Shown here one piece after another: positions 19,471-28,854 of a stretch of DNA of 64,000 bases (within the stretch, counting starts at the first letter, position 1; every line of letters starts with the position of its first letter). Source of the stretch: Bordetella parapertussis (GTDB taxonomy: Bacteria; Pseudomonadota; Gammaproteobacteria; Burkholderiales; SG8-39); the NCBI GenBank assembly GCA_945862265.1, contig CAMAXP010000002.1, forward strand, positions 96,204 through 160,203, read 5' to 3'. Both the position numbers and the translations under genes were made by a program. The notes beneath the pieces are model-generated. The model was not told the DNA's origin. It ran no database searches and saw only the letters and a list, made by a program, of their open reading frames with translations.

Positions 19471-21006
19471 ATGTTTGACCTGGGACGCACATTCCTGCAA
19501 AGCGTGGAGCGCCGGCCGGAGCGGCTCGCCATCGTCGACGGTGCGGTGCGCCTGACCTATGCCGAATGGCACGAACGCATCCGCTGCGTGGCCGGCGCGC
19601 TCGACGCGCTGGGGCTCAAGCGCGGCGACCACCTCGTAGTGGTGCTGCAGAACCGTTGGGAGATGGCCACGCTGCACTGGGCCTGCCAGATGCTCGGCAT
19701 CATCGTCACGCCGATCAACTGGCGCTCCAAGGGCGACGAGATCGAGTACTGCGTGGTCGACTCGCAGGCGCGCGCGATGGTGTTCGAGGCGGCCAGCGCC
19801 GAGGCGACGGCGGAGTCACCCGCCTGCCAGGGGATCCCGCGCATCTCGGTAGGTGGGGCCCCGGGCGGCACGCACACCTTCGACCAACTGCTCGCCGGCA
19901 CGCCGCTTGCCACTCCCTGCCGCGCGACGGCGGAAGACATCTCGCTGATGCTCTACACCTCCGGCACCACCGGCCGGCCCAAGGGCGTGCCGCGCCGGCA
20001 TCGCGCCGAGCGCGCGGCGGCGGTCGCTCAGGTCGCGCAGTACAGCTACGCCGTGGGCGAAGTCACGCTCGGGGTCATGCCGATGTACCACACCATGGGC
20101 GTGCGCTCGTTGCTGTCGATGGCCATCGTCGACGGCACGCTGGTCTGCCTGCCGCGCTTCGAGCCCGCCGAGGCGCTGCGCCTGATCCAGGCCGAGAAGG
20201 TCACCAACCTCTTCCTCGTGCCCACCCTCTACCACGACCTGCTCGCGCATCCCGCGTTTGCCGGGACCGACATCTCGTCGGTCACCACGATCGGCTTTGC
20301 CGGTGCGCCGATGAACGATGCGCTGCTGCAGCGCCTCTCGGCCGCGTTCAAGCCGCAGCTCTTCGTCAACCACTACGGGTCCTCCGAGATCTACACCTTC
20401 ACCATCGACCAGGACGCCCCGGCCAAGCCCGGCAGCGCGGGGCGGGCGGGGTTCAACTGCCGCATCCGGGTGGTGAAGCTCGACGAAGGCAACCGGAAGA
20501 GCGGCCCGGACGACGTTGTCGCCCGCGGCGAGGAAGGTCAGATCATCGCGGATCTCTCGGGCGACGAGGCTTTCGAGGGGTACTGGAACCGGCCCGACGC
20601 CGACGCCAAGTCGCTGCGTGACGGCTGGTACTTCACCGGCGACACCGGCACGATCGACGCCGACGGCGACCTCTACGTCACCGGCCGGGTTGACGACATG
20701 ATCATTTCCGGGGGGGAGAACATCTCCCCGGTGGACATCGAGTCGGTGCTGTCGCTCCACCCGGGCGTGGACGAGGTGGCCGTGGCAGGGTTGCCCGACG
20801 CGCGCTGGGGGCAGAAGGTGGTGGCCTTCATCAAGGCCAAGGGCAAGGTCGACGCCGGGATGCTGGATGCCCACTGCCTGGAGTCCGCGCTGCCCAACTA
20901 CAAGCGTCCCCGGGAGTATGTATTCGTGCAGGCCGTGCCCAAGTCGCCCGTGGGCAAGATACTGAGGCGTAAGCTCGTTTCCGGGGAGTACGAGAAGGCC
21001 GGCTGA
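19471..21006 (+). CDS. AMP-dependent synthetase/ligase (acyl-CoA or aryl-CoA ligase)
   Basis: 511 aa. ANL-superfamily motifs YTSGTTGRPKGV, GDTGTIDADGDLYVTGRVDD, and C-terminal PKSPVGKILRRKL. Confidence 0.85.
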   Translation: MFDLGRTFLQSVERRPERLAIVDGAVRLTYAEWHERIRCVAGALDALGLKRGDHLVVVLQNRWEMATLHWACQMLGIIVTPINWRSKGDEIEYCVVDSQARAMVFEAASAEATAESPACQGIPRISVGGAPGGTHTFDQLLAGTPLATPCRATAEDISLMLYTSGTTGRPKGVPRRHRAERAAAVAQVAQYSYAVGEVTLGVMPMYHTMGVRSLLSMAIVDGTLVCLPRFEPAEALRLIQAEKVTNLFLVPTLYHDLLAHPAFAGTDISSVTTIGFAGAPMNDALLQRLSAAFKPQLFVNHYGSSEIYTFTIDQDAPAKPGSAGRAGFNCRIRVVKLDEGNRKSGPDDVVARGEEGQIIADLSGDEAFEGYWNRPDADAKSLRDGWYFTGDTGTIDADGDLYVTGRVDDMIISGGENISPVDIESVLSLHPGVDEVAVAGLPDARWGQKVVAFIKAKGKVDAGMLDAHCLESALPNYKRPREYVFVQAVPKSPVGKILRRKLVSGEYEKAG

Positions 21007-21093
21007 CCCTCTGTCAACCATCTGCGCCTGGTGTGCGTTAGTGGACGTGGATCCGTTTTGGACCAACCGCTACCTGTCTTCAGGAGGACACCA

Positions 21094-21315
21094 ATGACCA
21101 AGCAAAAACTCATCATCGCGCTGATCGCCTCGGCCTTCTCCGCCTCCGTGTTCGCCCAGGCCGCCGCGCCTGCCGCACCGGCCAAATCGGCCCCGGCCGC
21201 CGCGCCCGCTGCTGCGCCCGCCGCTGCCGCCGGCGACGCCAAGCCGGCCAAGCCCGCCAAGGCCGCCAAGGCCAAGAAAGCCAAGGGCAAGAAGAAGGCC
21301 AAGAAGTCCTCCTAA
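21094..21315 (+). CDS. small secreted Ala/Pro/Lys-rich low-complexity protein
   Basis: ATG at 21094 behind AGGAGG. Signal MTKQKLIIALIASAFSASVFAQA, then a 50-residue tail made only of A/P/K/G/S/D residues (AAPAAPAKSAPAAAPAAAPAAAAGDAKPAKPAKAAKAKKAKGKKKAKKSS). Strong terminator downstream. Confidence 0.6.
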   Translation: MTKQKLIIALIASAFSASVFAQAAAPAAPAKSAPAAAPAAAPAAAAGDAKPAKPAKAAKAKKAKGKKKAKKSS

Positions 21316-21336
21316 CCCGAGCCTTCAAGCAGTCCA

Positions 21337-21373
21337 GGCCCGCCGGAGGCGACTCCGGCGGGCCTTTGTTTTT
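21337..21373 (+). terminator. rho-independent terminator
   Basis: GGCCCGCCGGA-ggcgac-TCCGGCGGGCC followed by TTTGTTTTT. Confidence 0.8.
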
Positions 21374-21420
21374 CCGGGCCCCTCGGGTAGATTGGCCGCC
21401 CCATCGCGAAGGATTCCCCG

Positions 21421-21954
21421 ATGTTTCCCGGGACTGTGATCGTGCTCCTCGCCGCGGCAGTGCTGGCCATCGCCGCGGTCGCAGCCCAGGCCGCACCGCC
21501 TGCCGAGCTCAAGCCCTGGGCCGGCGGGCCGACCCCGGCGCTCAGCCTCAAGGACCTCGAAGGGGCCGCGCATTCGCTGCAGGCCCATCGCGGCAAGGTC
21601 GTGGTCCTCAACTTCTGGGCCACGTGGTGCGAGCCCTGCCGCGACGAGATGCCTTCACTGAACAAGCTCAAGCACTCCTTCGACGGCAAGCCCGTGGTGG
21701 TGCTCGGCGTCAACGTGGGCGAGGGCGAGGGGCGGATCAAGGCGTTCCTCGACAAGGTGCCGGTCGAGTTCCCGGTGCTGCTCGATCGCGATGCCGCTGC
21801 GTCCCGGGTGTGGAAGGTGCGGATGCTGCCCGCCACCTTCATCCTCGATCGCGAAGGGCGCATCCGCTACAGCCATGCCGGCGAGCGCGACTGGGATGCC
21901 CTGGAGGTGCGGGCGAAGGTCACCGCGCTCCTCGACGCGAAGTCTGGGCGATAA
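21421..21954 (+). CDS. TlpA-family periplasmic thiol:disulfide oxidoreductase
   Basis: 177 aa. N-terminal signal/anchor and thioredoxin-fold CxxC (NFWATWCEPCRDEMP). Confidence 0.85.
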   Translation: MFPGTVIVLLAAAVLAIAAVAAQAAPPAELKPWAGGPTPALSLKDLEGAAHSLQAHRGKVVVLNFWATWCEPCRDEMPSLNKLKHSFDGKPVVVLGVNVGEGEGRIKAFLDKVPVEFPVLLDRDAAASRVWKVRMLPATFILDREGRIRYSHAGERDWDALEVRAKVTALLDAKSGR

Positions 21955-21961
21955 TCCCGCA

Positions 21962-22804
21962 ATGAAACTTCGCTCAGGCCGCGCAGCCCTGCTGCTGGCG
22001 CTCACTATCGCGCCGTTCTTCGCCTGGGCGCAGGTCGACAGCGCGCAGGTTGCCCCTTTTGTCACTACGCCCTTCGACGTGGTCGACCGGATGCTTTCCA
22101 TCGCCAACACCGGCCCGGCCGACACCGTGGTCGACCTCGGCTCCGGCGACGGCCGCATCGTCATCGCAGCGGCAAGGAAATTCGGCGCGAAGGGCCTCGG
22201 CCTCGAGCTCGACCCTAAACTTGTTCAGCAGAGCCGCGAGGCGGCGCGCGCCGCCGGCGTGGCCGAGCGCACCGAGTTCCGTGTCCAGGACGTGCTGCAG
22301 GCCGACTTCTCTCAGGCGAACGTGGTGACGGTGTACCTGCTGCCGGGGCTGATGGCGCAGCTCTCGCCGCTCTTCCTCGACAAGCTGCGGCCCGGCTCGC
22401 GGGTCGTCACGCACGCGTTCGTGTTCCCCGGATGGAAGCCCGACCGGATCGAGAAGATCAAGCTCGCCGTGCCGCATCCCTCGCAAGGCGACGAGAGCAC
22501 GATCTTCCTGTGGGTGGTGCCGGCCAATGCGCGCGGCTTCTGGAAGGCCCCGTCCCGCGACGGCGAGTGGCGCGTGAAGATCGACCAGAATTTCCAGGAG
22601 ATCGAAGCCGACGGCGAAGGCAGCGGGGTGAAGATCGAAGGCGCCGCCGGCAAGGTCGAGGGCACGCGGGTGCTCTTCTCCGGCAAGCTGCGCGGCGTGC
22701 CGTTCAGTTTCGCGGGCCGCCTCGACGGCGCCCGCCTCATCGGCGAAGCCGTGCTGCAGGACGGTGCCGCCCAACGCAAGCTCCCCTTGGTGTTCTCCAA
22801 ATGA
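21962..22804 (+). CDS. class I SAM-dependent methyltransferase with N-terminal signal peptide
   Basis: ATG at 21962. Signal MKLRSGRAALLLALTIAPFFAWAQ and SAM motif I VVDLGSGDGRIV. Extra ~120 aa C-terminal domain. Confidence 0.7.
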   Translation: MKLRSGRAALLLALTIAPFFAWAQVDSAQVAPFVTTPFDVVDRMLSIANTGPADTVVDLGSGDGRIVIAAARKFGAKGLGLELDPKLVQQSREAARAAGVAERTEFRVQDVLQADFSQANVVTVYLLPGLMAQLSPLFLDKLRPGSRVVTHAFVFPGWKPDRIEKIKLAVPHPSQGDESTIFLWVVPANARGFWKAPSRDGEWRVKIDQNFQEIEADGEGSGVKIEGAAGKVEGTRVLFSGKLRGVPFSFAGRLDGARLIGEAVLQDGAAQRKLPLVFSK

Positions 22805-24411
22805 AAGTCGCCGATTCAATCGCCGCCACCCTCAAAGCCTGGGGCGCCCGCTGGGCGTTCGGCATTCCGGGCAACGATGTCCTCGAAACGGTGCGCGCCT
22901 GCGAAGAGGCCGGCATCGAATTCGTGCTCGGCAAGAGCGAGCCCTCGTGCGCCTTCATGGCCGACGCGGTCTACCAGCTCACCGGCAAGCCGGCGGTGCT
23001 GATCCCCGCGCTGGGCCCGGGTATCTCCAATGCGATGTCGGGCATCGCCGGGGCGATGCAGGAGCGCTCGGCGATCGCAGTGCTGTGCGGCGAGATGGCC
23101 TCCAAGCAGATGGGCATCTACAACCACCAGGTGTTCGACCACGTGGCCCTGGCTCGCCCGGTGACCAAGTACGCCGAGACGCTGAACCCTAAGCGTGCCG
23201 CGCAGCAGATGGCCAAGGCGCTGGACATCGCGATGGCCTATCCCGCGGGGCCGGTGTTCCTCAATGTGCCTTCCGACTACAACCGCGAAGCTGCGACCGC
23301 GGAGGAGCCCAGGGGCCCCGCGCAGCGCGCGATCACGGCGCTCTCGGCCCCGGCGGCCGACGCCCTGCGCGCCAAGCTCGCGCAGGCGAAGCGCCCGGTG
23401 GCGCTGGTGGGCCGCGGCGCGCTGCTGGAGGCCACGCCTGCCGCCTTCCGCGCCTTCGCGGAGGCCTGGAAGCTGCCGTTCTTCACCACGTACAAAGCCA
23501 AAGGCATCACCGGCGATCACCACCCGCTGTGTCTTGGCAGCGTGGGCCTCTCGCCCGTGGTCGATACCGAGAACCTCGTGCTGCTGCGCGAGGCCGATTG
23601 CATCGTGCTGGTCGGGTTTGATCCCATCGAGCTTCGCGACGCGTGGCTCGACGCCTGGCCGGGGACGCTGCCGGTGATCAGCATCGACTGGGCGGCGCTC
23701 AACCACCGCATCTTCCCGGTCGGCGAAGAGGCCCTCGGGCACGTGCCGTCGATCCTCGCCCAGCTGATGCCCGCGGGCCCGGCGCCTGGCGAGTGGCAGG
23801 CGGAGCGCTACGCGCAGTTGCGCGAGCGGGTCGCGCACATCGTGCGGCCGCGCCAGCCCGCCAAGGGCATCAGCCCCGCAGCGTTGTTCCACGCGGTCAG
23901 CGCGCAGGCGAAGGACGACTGGGTCATGACGGTCGACGTGGGCGCGCATCGCATCCTCGCCAACCACGTCCTGCAGTGCCGCACGCCCGGGCAGCTGATG
24001 CAGTCGAACGGCCTCGGGTGCATGGGCTACGCCGTGCCCGCGGCGATCGCCGCGCAGCTCGTGCACCCCGAGCGCACCGTGGTCGCGATGCTCGGCGACG
24101 GCTGCATGCTGATGACGCAGGGCGAGCTGGCGCTGGCCGCCGAACGCAACCTGCCGCTGGTGGTGGTGGTGCTCAACGACTCGGCGCTCGCGCTGATCAA
24201 GCTGAAGCAGTCCAAGATGAACATGGCGCCGCGCGCCACCGACTTCCGCTCGCCGGATTTCGCCAAGATCGCGGAGGGTTTCGGCGCGAAGGGCGTGCGC
24301 GTGGAGTCCATCGAGGCCTTCGGCCAGGCCCTGGCCGACGCCGTGAAGTCCCGGCAGTTCACCCTCATCGACGCGCAGGTCGACCCGGCCGAGTACTGGG
24401 AGCAGATGTGA
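22801..24411 (+). CDS. thiamine-pyrophosphate-requiring enzyme (acetolactate synthase-like family)
   Basis: ATG at 22801 overlaps the upstream stop. Has PYR, middle and PP domains, with TPP motif GDGCMLMTQGELALAAERNLPLVVVVLND. Confidence 0.8.
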   Translation: MKVADSIAATLKAWGARWAFGIPGNDVLETVRACEEAGIEFVLGKSEPSCAFMADAVYQLTGKPAVLIPALGPGISNAMSGIAGAMQERSAIAVLCGEMASKQMGIYNHQVFDHVALARPVTKYAETLNPKRAAQQMAKALDIAMAYPAGPVFLNVPSDYNREAATAEEPRGPAQRAITALSAPAADALRAKLAQAKRPVALVGRGALLEATPAAFRAFAEAWKLPFFTTYKAKGITGDHHPLCLGSVGLSPVVDTENLVLLREADCIVLVGFDPIELRDAWLDAWPGTLPVISIDWAALNHRIFPVGEEALGHVPSILAQLMPAGPAPGEWQAERYAQLRERVAHIVRPRQPAKGISPAALFHAVSAQAKDDWVMTVDVGAHRILANHVLQCRTPGQLMQSNGLGCMGYAVPAAIAAQLVHPERTVVAMLGDGCMLMTQGELALAAERNLPLVVVVLNDSALALIKLKQSKMNMAPRATDFRSPDFAKIAEGFGAKGVRVESIEAFGQALADAVKSRQFTLIDAQVDPAEYWEQM

Positions 24412-25310
24412 GGCGGCTGCTGGCGGCGCTGCTGCTGGCGCTGCCGCTGCTGTTGTCTGCCCTGTCGGCCCTGGCGCTCCCGCCGGGAGATCACTCGATC
24501 TCGTTCGGCGAGCGTTCGTACCTCCTGCACGTGCCGCCGCAGCTGGAGCCGCGGCCCGCGCTGGTGCTCAACTTCCATGGCGGGGGCGGGAACGCCGGCG
24601 CCCACCAGAAGTACGTCCAGATGGACGCGCTGGCCGACAAGGAGGGCTTCCTCGTCGTGTACCCCGAAGGCACCGGCCCCCTCGAAGGGGAGGTGCTGAC
24701 CTGGAACGCGGGCGGCTGCTGCGGCGGCGCCGTGCGCGACAAGGTGGACGACATAGGCTTCGTGAAGAAGCTCCTGTTCGATCTCTCGCGGCGGCAGGCG
24801 TACGACCCGGCGCGGGTCTATGCCACGGGCCTGTCCAACGGAGCGATGCTGGCCTATCGGCTTGCGGCAGAACTCTCGGATCGTGTTGCGGCGATCGCGC
24901 CCGTGGCCGGCGCCATCGCCGTCGAGCGCTTCCCGACCGCGCGCGCCGTGCCGGTCCTGCACATCCACAGCGTGGACGATCCGCGCGCCTTGTATGCGGG
25001 CGGCCTCGGGCCGCCTTTCCCGATGACCAATGCGCGCGTGATGCACCTCGCGGTCGATGCCGCGCTGGCCGAGGTCTCGAAGGAAAACGGTTGCACGGGC
25101 GCTGCCACTTCCGGTGAGAAGAAGGAATGGAAAGGGCACACGGCCACGCTGCTTGCGTATCCGGGCTGCCGCGCCGAGGTGCTGCACTGGAAGCTCACCG
25201 GCGCGGGCCACGTGTGGCCGGGCGCCGTGCTCGGGCCGGGCACGGGGCTCATCGACGCCAATGCCGAGATGTGGAAATTCTTCCAGCGCCACAGGCTGCC
25301 GGGGCCGTAA
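24408..25310 (+). CDS. secreted esterase, PHB-depolymerase (LpqC-like) family
   Basis: GTG at 24408 overlaps the upstream stop. Signal RRLLAALLLALPLLLSALSALA. LHVPPQ...LVLNFHGGGG and GLSNGAMLAY nucleophile elbow. Confidence 0.75.
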   Translation: MRRLLAALLLALPLLLSALSALALPPGDHSISFGERSYLLHVPPQLEPRPALVLNFHGGGGNAGAHQKYVQMDALADKEGFLVVYPEGTGPLEGEVLTWNAGGCCGGAVRDKVDDIGFVKKLLFDLSRRQAYDPARVYATGLSNGAMLAYRLAAELSDRVAAIAPVAGAIAVERFPTARAVPVLHIHSVDDPRALYAGGLGPPFPMTNARVMHLAVDAALAEVSKENGCTGAATSGEKKEWKGHTATLLAYPGCRAEVLHWKLTGAGHVWPGAVLGPGTGLIDANAEMWKFFQRHRLPGP

Positions 25311-25372
25311 ATATTCAGGATTGTGTTTTAAAAGTCCGCCACAGGAGCCGCTCTCCTGTCAGTTTGTGAATC

Positions 25373-25384
25373 TGTACCGGTACA
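25373..25384. promoter_or_regulatory. perfect 12-bp palindrome TGTACCGGTACA (candidate operator)
   Basis: Seen directly in the AT-richer intergenic region upstream of the 25545/26006 gene pair. Confidence 0.3.
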
Positions 25385-25416
25385 TTACCGCCCCAGGAAC
25401 TGAAATCGGCGGAATT

Positions 25417-25434
25417 ATTTTGTATGTACAAAAT
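25417..25434. promoter_or_regulatory. inverted repeat ATTTTGTA-tg-TACAAAAT (candidate operator)
   Basis: 8-bp perfect arms with a 2-bp spacer. Shares the GTAC core with the palindrome 33 bp upstream. Confidence 0.3.
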
Positions 25435-25544
25435 GCTTCCGGCCCGAGGGCGACCGACGTCCGCCAGCTCGTTGAGTACGGTGCGAGGCAGGGTGGGCCG
25501 TTTTCGCACAGAATGCAGCCTGCACGCAAGAAGGAGGGGACGGC

Positions 25545-25997
25545 ATGCTGGAGTTCGAATACCTGTGCGACCTGAAGGTCGACGTGGGCGAGATCGTGAC
25601 GATGGGCCCAGGGCCGCTGGGCGAGCGGCGGATCATTGCGATCAACGGCGGCAGCTTTGAAGGCCCGAAGCTGCGCGGCACGGTGCTGCCGGGCGGCAAC
25701 GACTGGCAGATCGTGCGCACGGACGGCGTGCTCGACGTGGACGCGCGCTATGCGCTGCGGACCGACGCGGGCGACGCGATCCGTGTGGTCAGCCAAGGCT
25801 ACCGGCACGGGCCGCCCGAAGTGCTCGCGGCACTCGGCCGCGGCGAGGACGTCGCGCCCGACCAGTATTACTTCCGCGCGGTGCTGCGCTTCGAGACCGG
25901 CGCGCCGGGCCTCGCCTGGCTGAATAAAACCATCGCGATCGCAAAAGCCCAGCGCAAGGCGCGCCAGGTGCTGCTGACCGCCTACACGCTGCTCTAG
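25545..25997 (+). CDS. DUF3237-family protein (UPF0311)
   Basis: 150 aa. GPLGERRIIAINGGSFEGPKLRGTVLPGGNDWQ is characteristic of DUF3237. Confidence 0.7.
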   Translation: MLEFEYLCDLKVDVGEIVTMGPGPLGERRIIAINGGSFEGPKLRGTVLPGGNDWQIVRTDGVLDVDARYALRTDAGDAIRVVSQGYRHGPPEVLAALGRGEDVAPDQYYFRAVLRFETGAPGLAWLNKTIAIAKAQRKARQVLLTAYTLL

Positions 25998-26005
25998 GAG
26001 ACACC

Positions 26006-26968
26006 ATGAACATTCGCAGACGCACCCTGCTGCAGGCGTTGGGGGCGGCGACGCTCCTCGGGCCCGCGGTTGCACACGCACAGGCGTATCCGGGCAAGCC
26101 GATCCGCATCGTGCACGGCTATGACAACGGCTCGAACCCGGATACCGTGTCGCGCATCATTTCACCGTCGCTCACCGAGCGGCTGGGGCAGACCATCGTC
26201 ACCGAGCCGCGTCCCGGCGCGGGCGGGCGCATCGCCACGGCCTACGTCGCCACGCAGGAGCCCGATGGCTACACGCTGATGATGCTTACGGCCGGCGACA
26301 CGGTGATCGCGGCCACCGACCCGAAGCTCTCCTACGATTTGCTTCGCGACTACGCCTTCATCACCACGGTGGTGGAGTTCCCGTTCATCCTGATGGTGCC
26401 GGCCGAGTCGCCGATCAAGACGCTGCGCGACCTGATCAACGCGGCCAAGGCCAGCCCCGGCAAGCTCACGTTTGCCACGCCCGGCGTGCGCACCACGCAA
26501 CACCTGTCGGGCGAACTCTTCAAGCTCACCGCCGGGATCGACCTGCTGCACGTGCCTTTCAAGGGCAGCGCGTTCACCGACCTCATCGGCGGGCGGCTGG
26601 ATTCGCTGATCGCCGCGCCGGCGGTGTCCACGCCGCAGATCAAGGGCGGCAAGGTGCGCGCGATCGCGGTCACCGGGCGGCAGCGGCTGGAGACTTTTCC
26701 CGACCTGCCGACGTTCGCCGAGACGCTGCCGGGGTTCGAGGTGTACTCGTGGCTGGGGCTCGGGGCGCCGGCCAAGACGCCTGCGGCCGTGGTGGAACGG
26801 TTGGGGTCGGAGGTGCGCACTGTGATCGCTCAAGAAGCGGTGCGCGCCAAGCTCCTTGCCACCGGCAGCCTCGTGGGCGGCAGCACGCCCGAGGCTTTCC
26901 GCGCGCGGGCTGAAGCGGACATCCGCAAGTGGAAGGCATTGGCGGAGAAGGTTAAGCTGGATGCCTGA
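26006..26968 (+). CDS. Bug-family (TctC-like) tripartite tricarboxylate transporter substrate-binding protein
   Basis: 320 aa. Signal RRRTLLQALGAATLLGPAVAHAQAYPGKPIRIV, a typical Bug N-terminus. Confidence 0.85.
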   Translation: MNIRRRTLLQALGAATLLGPAVAHAQAYPGKPIRIVHGYDNGSNPDTVSRIISPSLTERLGQTIVTEPRPGAGGRIATAYVATQEPDGYTLMMLTAGDTVIAATDPKLSYDLLRDYAFITTVVEFPFILMVPAESPIKTLRDLINAAKASPGKLTFATPGVRTTQHLSGELFKLTAGIDLLHVPFKGSAFTDLIGGRLDSLIAAPAVSTPQIKGGKVRAIAVTGRQRLETFPDLPTFAETLPGFEVYSWLGLGAPAKTPAAVVERLGSEVRTVIAQEAVRAKLLATGSLVGGSTPEAFRARAEADIRKWKALAEKVKLDA

Positions 26969-27174
26969 GCGCAAGTCGGCGCTCAGCCGGAGGCGCCTCT
27001 ACGTCGTGGCGCTCGCCGTGCTGGGCCTCGGTGCTGTTCGACGAGTTCACCCGCTGGTTCGCGCGGCTCTGGCAGGGCAAGACGCTTGGCCTTACGCTCG
27101 CGGCGCTGTCCGGTCTTGTCTCGCTCGCCCTGTTTCTTTTCGCGTACTGGTTGCCGCCCGACTGACCTGGCGGT

Positions 27175-28230
27175 TCACGCGCCCAGGTTGGCCGGAGACT
27201 GTTTCAGTTCGCCACGCTCCACGCGCGTGACGATTTCGGTGAGCATCGCGTGGTTCGGGGCCGGCACGCCGATCTCGGCGCCCTTCGCCGCGATGTAGCC
27301 GTTCATGGCGTCTATTTCGGTGCGCCTGCCCTTGATCATGTCCTGCGCCATCGAGGGGCGCTGGATCGCGCCGCGCGGGTTCGCGCCTTCCTGCGGAATC
27401 AGGGTCGGCTCGATCTGCGCTAGTGCCGCGGCGTCGCCTTCGGCCGCGCGCGCGAACACGTCGGCCTCGAAGCCGCGGATCTTTTCGAGCTGGTAGCCGA
27501 GCGCCTGGCCCACGCGCACAGCCTCGCCCGCGAGCTTGATCTGCAGGCGCCGGACAATATCGTTCCTGAGGCAGTCGCCCGAGGTCATGCCGGTCGCCGC
27601 GGTCACGCCGTTGCCCATGCCGTTCTGCACGAGTTTCGTCCAGCGCTCGCCCCACAGGTTGGTGGTTGCCTTCGAGCTGTCGATCTGCGCGAACCAGCCC
27701 ACCAGCTCCTCCACGCGCCCGGTAATGCGGCCGTGCGGCTCGCCGACGCGGAACACGGTGTGCTTGTCGCCGCCCTTGGGGATGGTCCGGCGGATGCGTC
27801 CGGCCTCAAACAGGTCCACCGAGATCAGCGAGGCGACCACGCCCACGGTGCGTCCCCAGCCGACGATGTTCGCGATGGTTTCCTCGTTGAGGCAGTTCTG
27901 CAGCGAGACCACGAACCCCTGCTGCGACAGGTAGGGCTTGATCAGCATCGTCGCCCAGGCGGTGTCGTAGGACTTCATCGCGACCATGGCCACGTCCACG
28001 GGCTTGCGCGCCAGCGACTGGACTTCGGTGAGGTGCAGGATCTTCACGCCCTTGACGGTGAAGCGCTCCTCGGGGGTGAGGCCGTCGAGCTCGAGGCCTT
28101 TCGTCCTGATCGTCTCGACGTTTTCCGGCCAGGGGTCGATCAGCGTGACATCGTGCCCCTGGTGCGCGAGGTTTCCACCGACATAGCCGCCGAGCGCGCC
28201 CGCGCCGACGATTGCAATGCGTTTGCCCAT
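27175..28230 (-). CDS. ketopantoate reductase (ApbA/PanE) family oxidoreductase
   Basis: 351 aa. N-terminal Rossmann motif IAIVGAGALGGYVGG and C-terminal ApbA_C-like domain. Confidence 0.75.
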   Translation of the reverse strand: MGKRIAIVGAGALGGYVGGNLAHQGHDVTLIDPWPENVETIRTKGLELDGLTPEERFTVKGVKILHLTEVQSLARKPVDVAMVAMKSYDTAWATMLIKPYLSQQGFVVSLQNCLNEETIANIVGWGRTVGVVASLISVDLFEAGRIRRTIPKGGDKHTVFRVGEPHGRITGRVEELVGWFAQIDSSKATTNLWGERWTKLVQNGMGNGVTAATGMTSGDCLRNDIVRRLQIKLAGEAVRVGQALGYQLEKIRGFEADVFARAAEGDAAALAQIEPTLIPQEGANPRGAIQRPSMAQDMIKGRRTEIDAMNGYIAAKGAEIGVPAPNHAMLTEIVTRVERGELKQSPANLGA

Positions 28231-28328
28231 TCAAACATCCTCCCTTGAGGCGTCCATGATAGGCGAAGTTGTCGTGGGCTAGGAGCAAGGTCGATGACGG
28301 CCGGCAGGGGAATGCACGCAAGCGGGAA

Positions 28329-28853
28329 TTAGTCTTCCGGCAGCAGCTCCGCGAGCGCGTACAGGGTCTTCTGCGGAAACCGCTCCTTGGGATAGTACCG
28401 TCCGATCGTCTCGAGGGCCTTTGCATAGCTGCGGAGCTCGAGCAGGCGCAGCAGGAAGCGCACGTCGTCCTCGTCGTGGAACTCGGCGCCGATCCGGAAC
28501 GCGAGGCACTTCATCGCGAGCAGATACGCCGGCTGCGCGACCATGACGCGAAGGTGGCTCGACTCCAGCCAGGGCCGGTATTCGCCCCGCTCGCTGAGAT
28601 AGCCCTTGACCGCGTCGTTCAGCCAATCGGCGGGGACGCCAGACCGCGCGGCAACACGCGCCGCCGCCTCGCGTACCTCGCGTGCCGGACGAAACAACGC
28701 GTCCACGTCCTCGGTGGAAGGGCGCGCCGCATGGGCGAGGCACATGACCGCGCCACCCACGAGGTAGAGCTCGCCCTTGCAGTCGCCGGCCGCGAGTTCG
28801 TCGTTGAGTTCGCCAAACAAGCGGTTCAGGTCCTTGGCCGAGAATCCGGGCAT
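28329..28853 (-). CDS. putative nucleotidyltransferase-fold protein (DUF6036-like)
   Basis: 174 aa. GELYLVGGAVMCL...STEDVD resembles the minimal nucleotidyltransferase GG...DxD pattern. 1-nt gap to the upstream RHH gene. Confidence 0.5.
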   Translation of the reverse strand: MPGFSAKDLNRLFGELNDELAAGDCKGELYLVGGAVMCLAHAARPSTEDVDALFRPAREVREAAARVAARSGVPADWLNDAVKGYLSERGEYRPWLESSHLRVMVAQPAYLLAMKCLAFRIGAEFHDEDDVRFLLRLLELRSYAKALETIGRYYPKERFPQKTLYALAELLPED

Positions 28854-28854
28854 C

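Noticed and set aside
27031-27165. 44-codon hydrophobic ORF (VLFDEFTRWFARLWQGKTLGLTLAALSGLVSLALFLFAYWLPPD) in the gap after the Bug gene
   Set aside because: It looks like a small membrane protein, but it has only a GTG start, no clear RBS and no family I recognise. The evidence is too weak to call.
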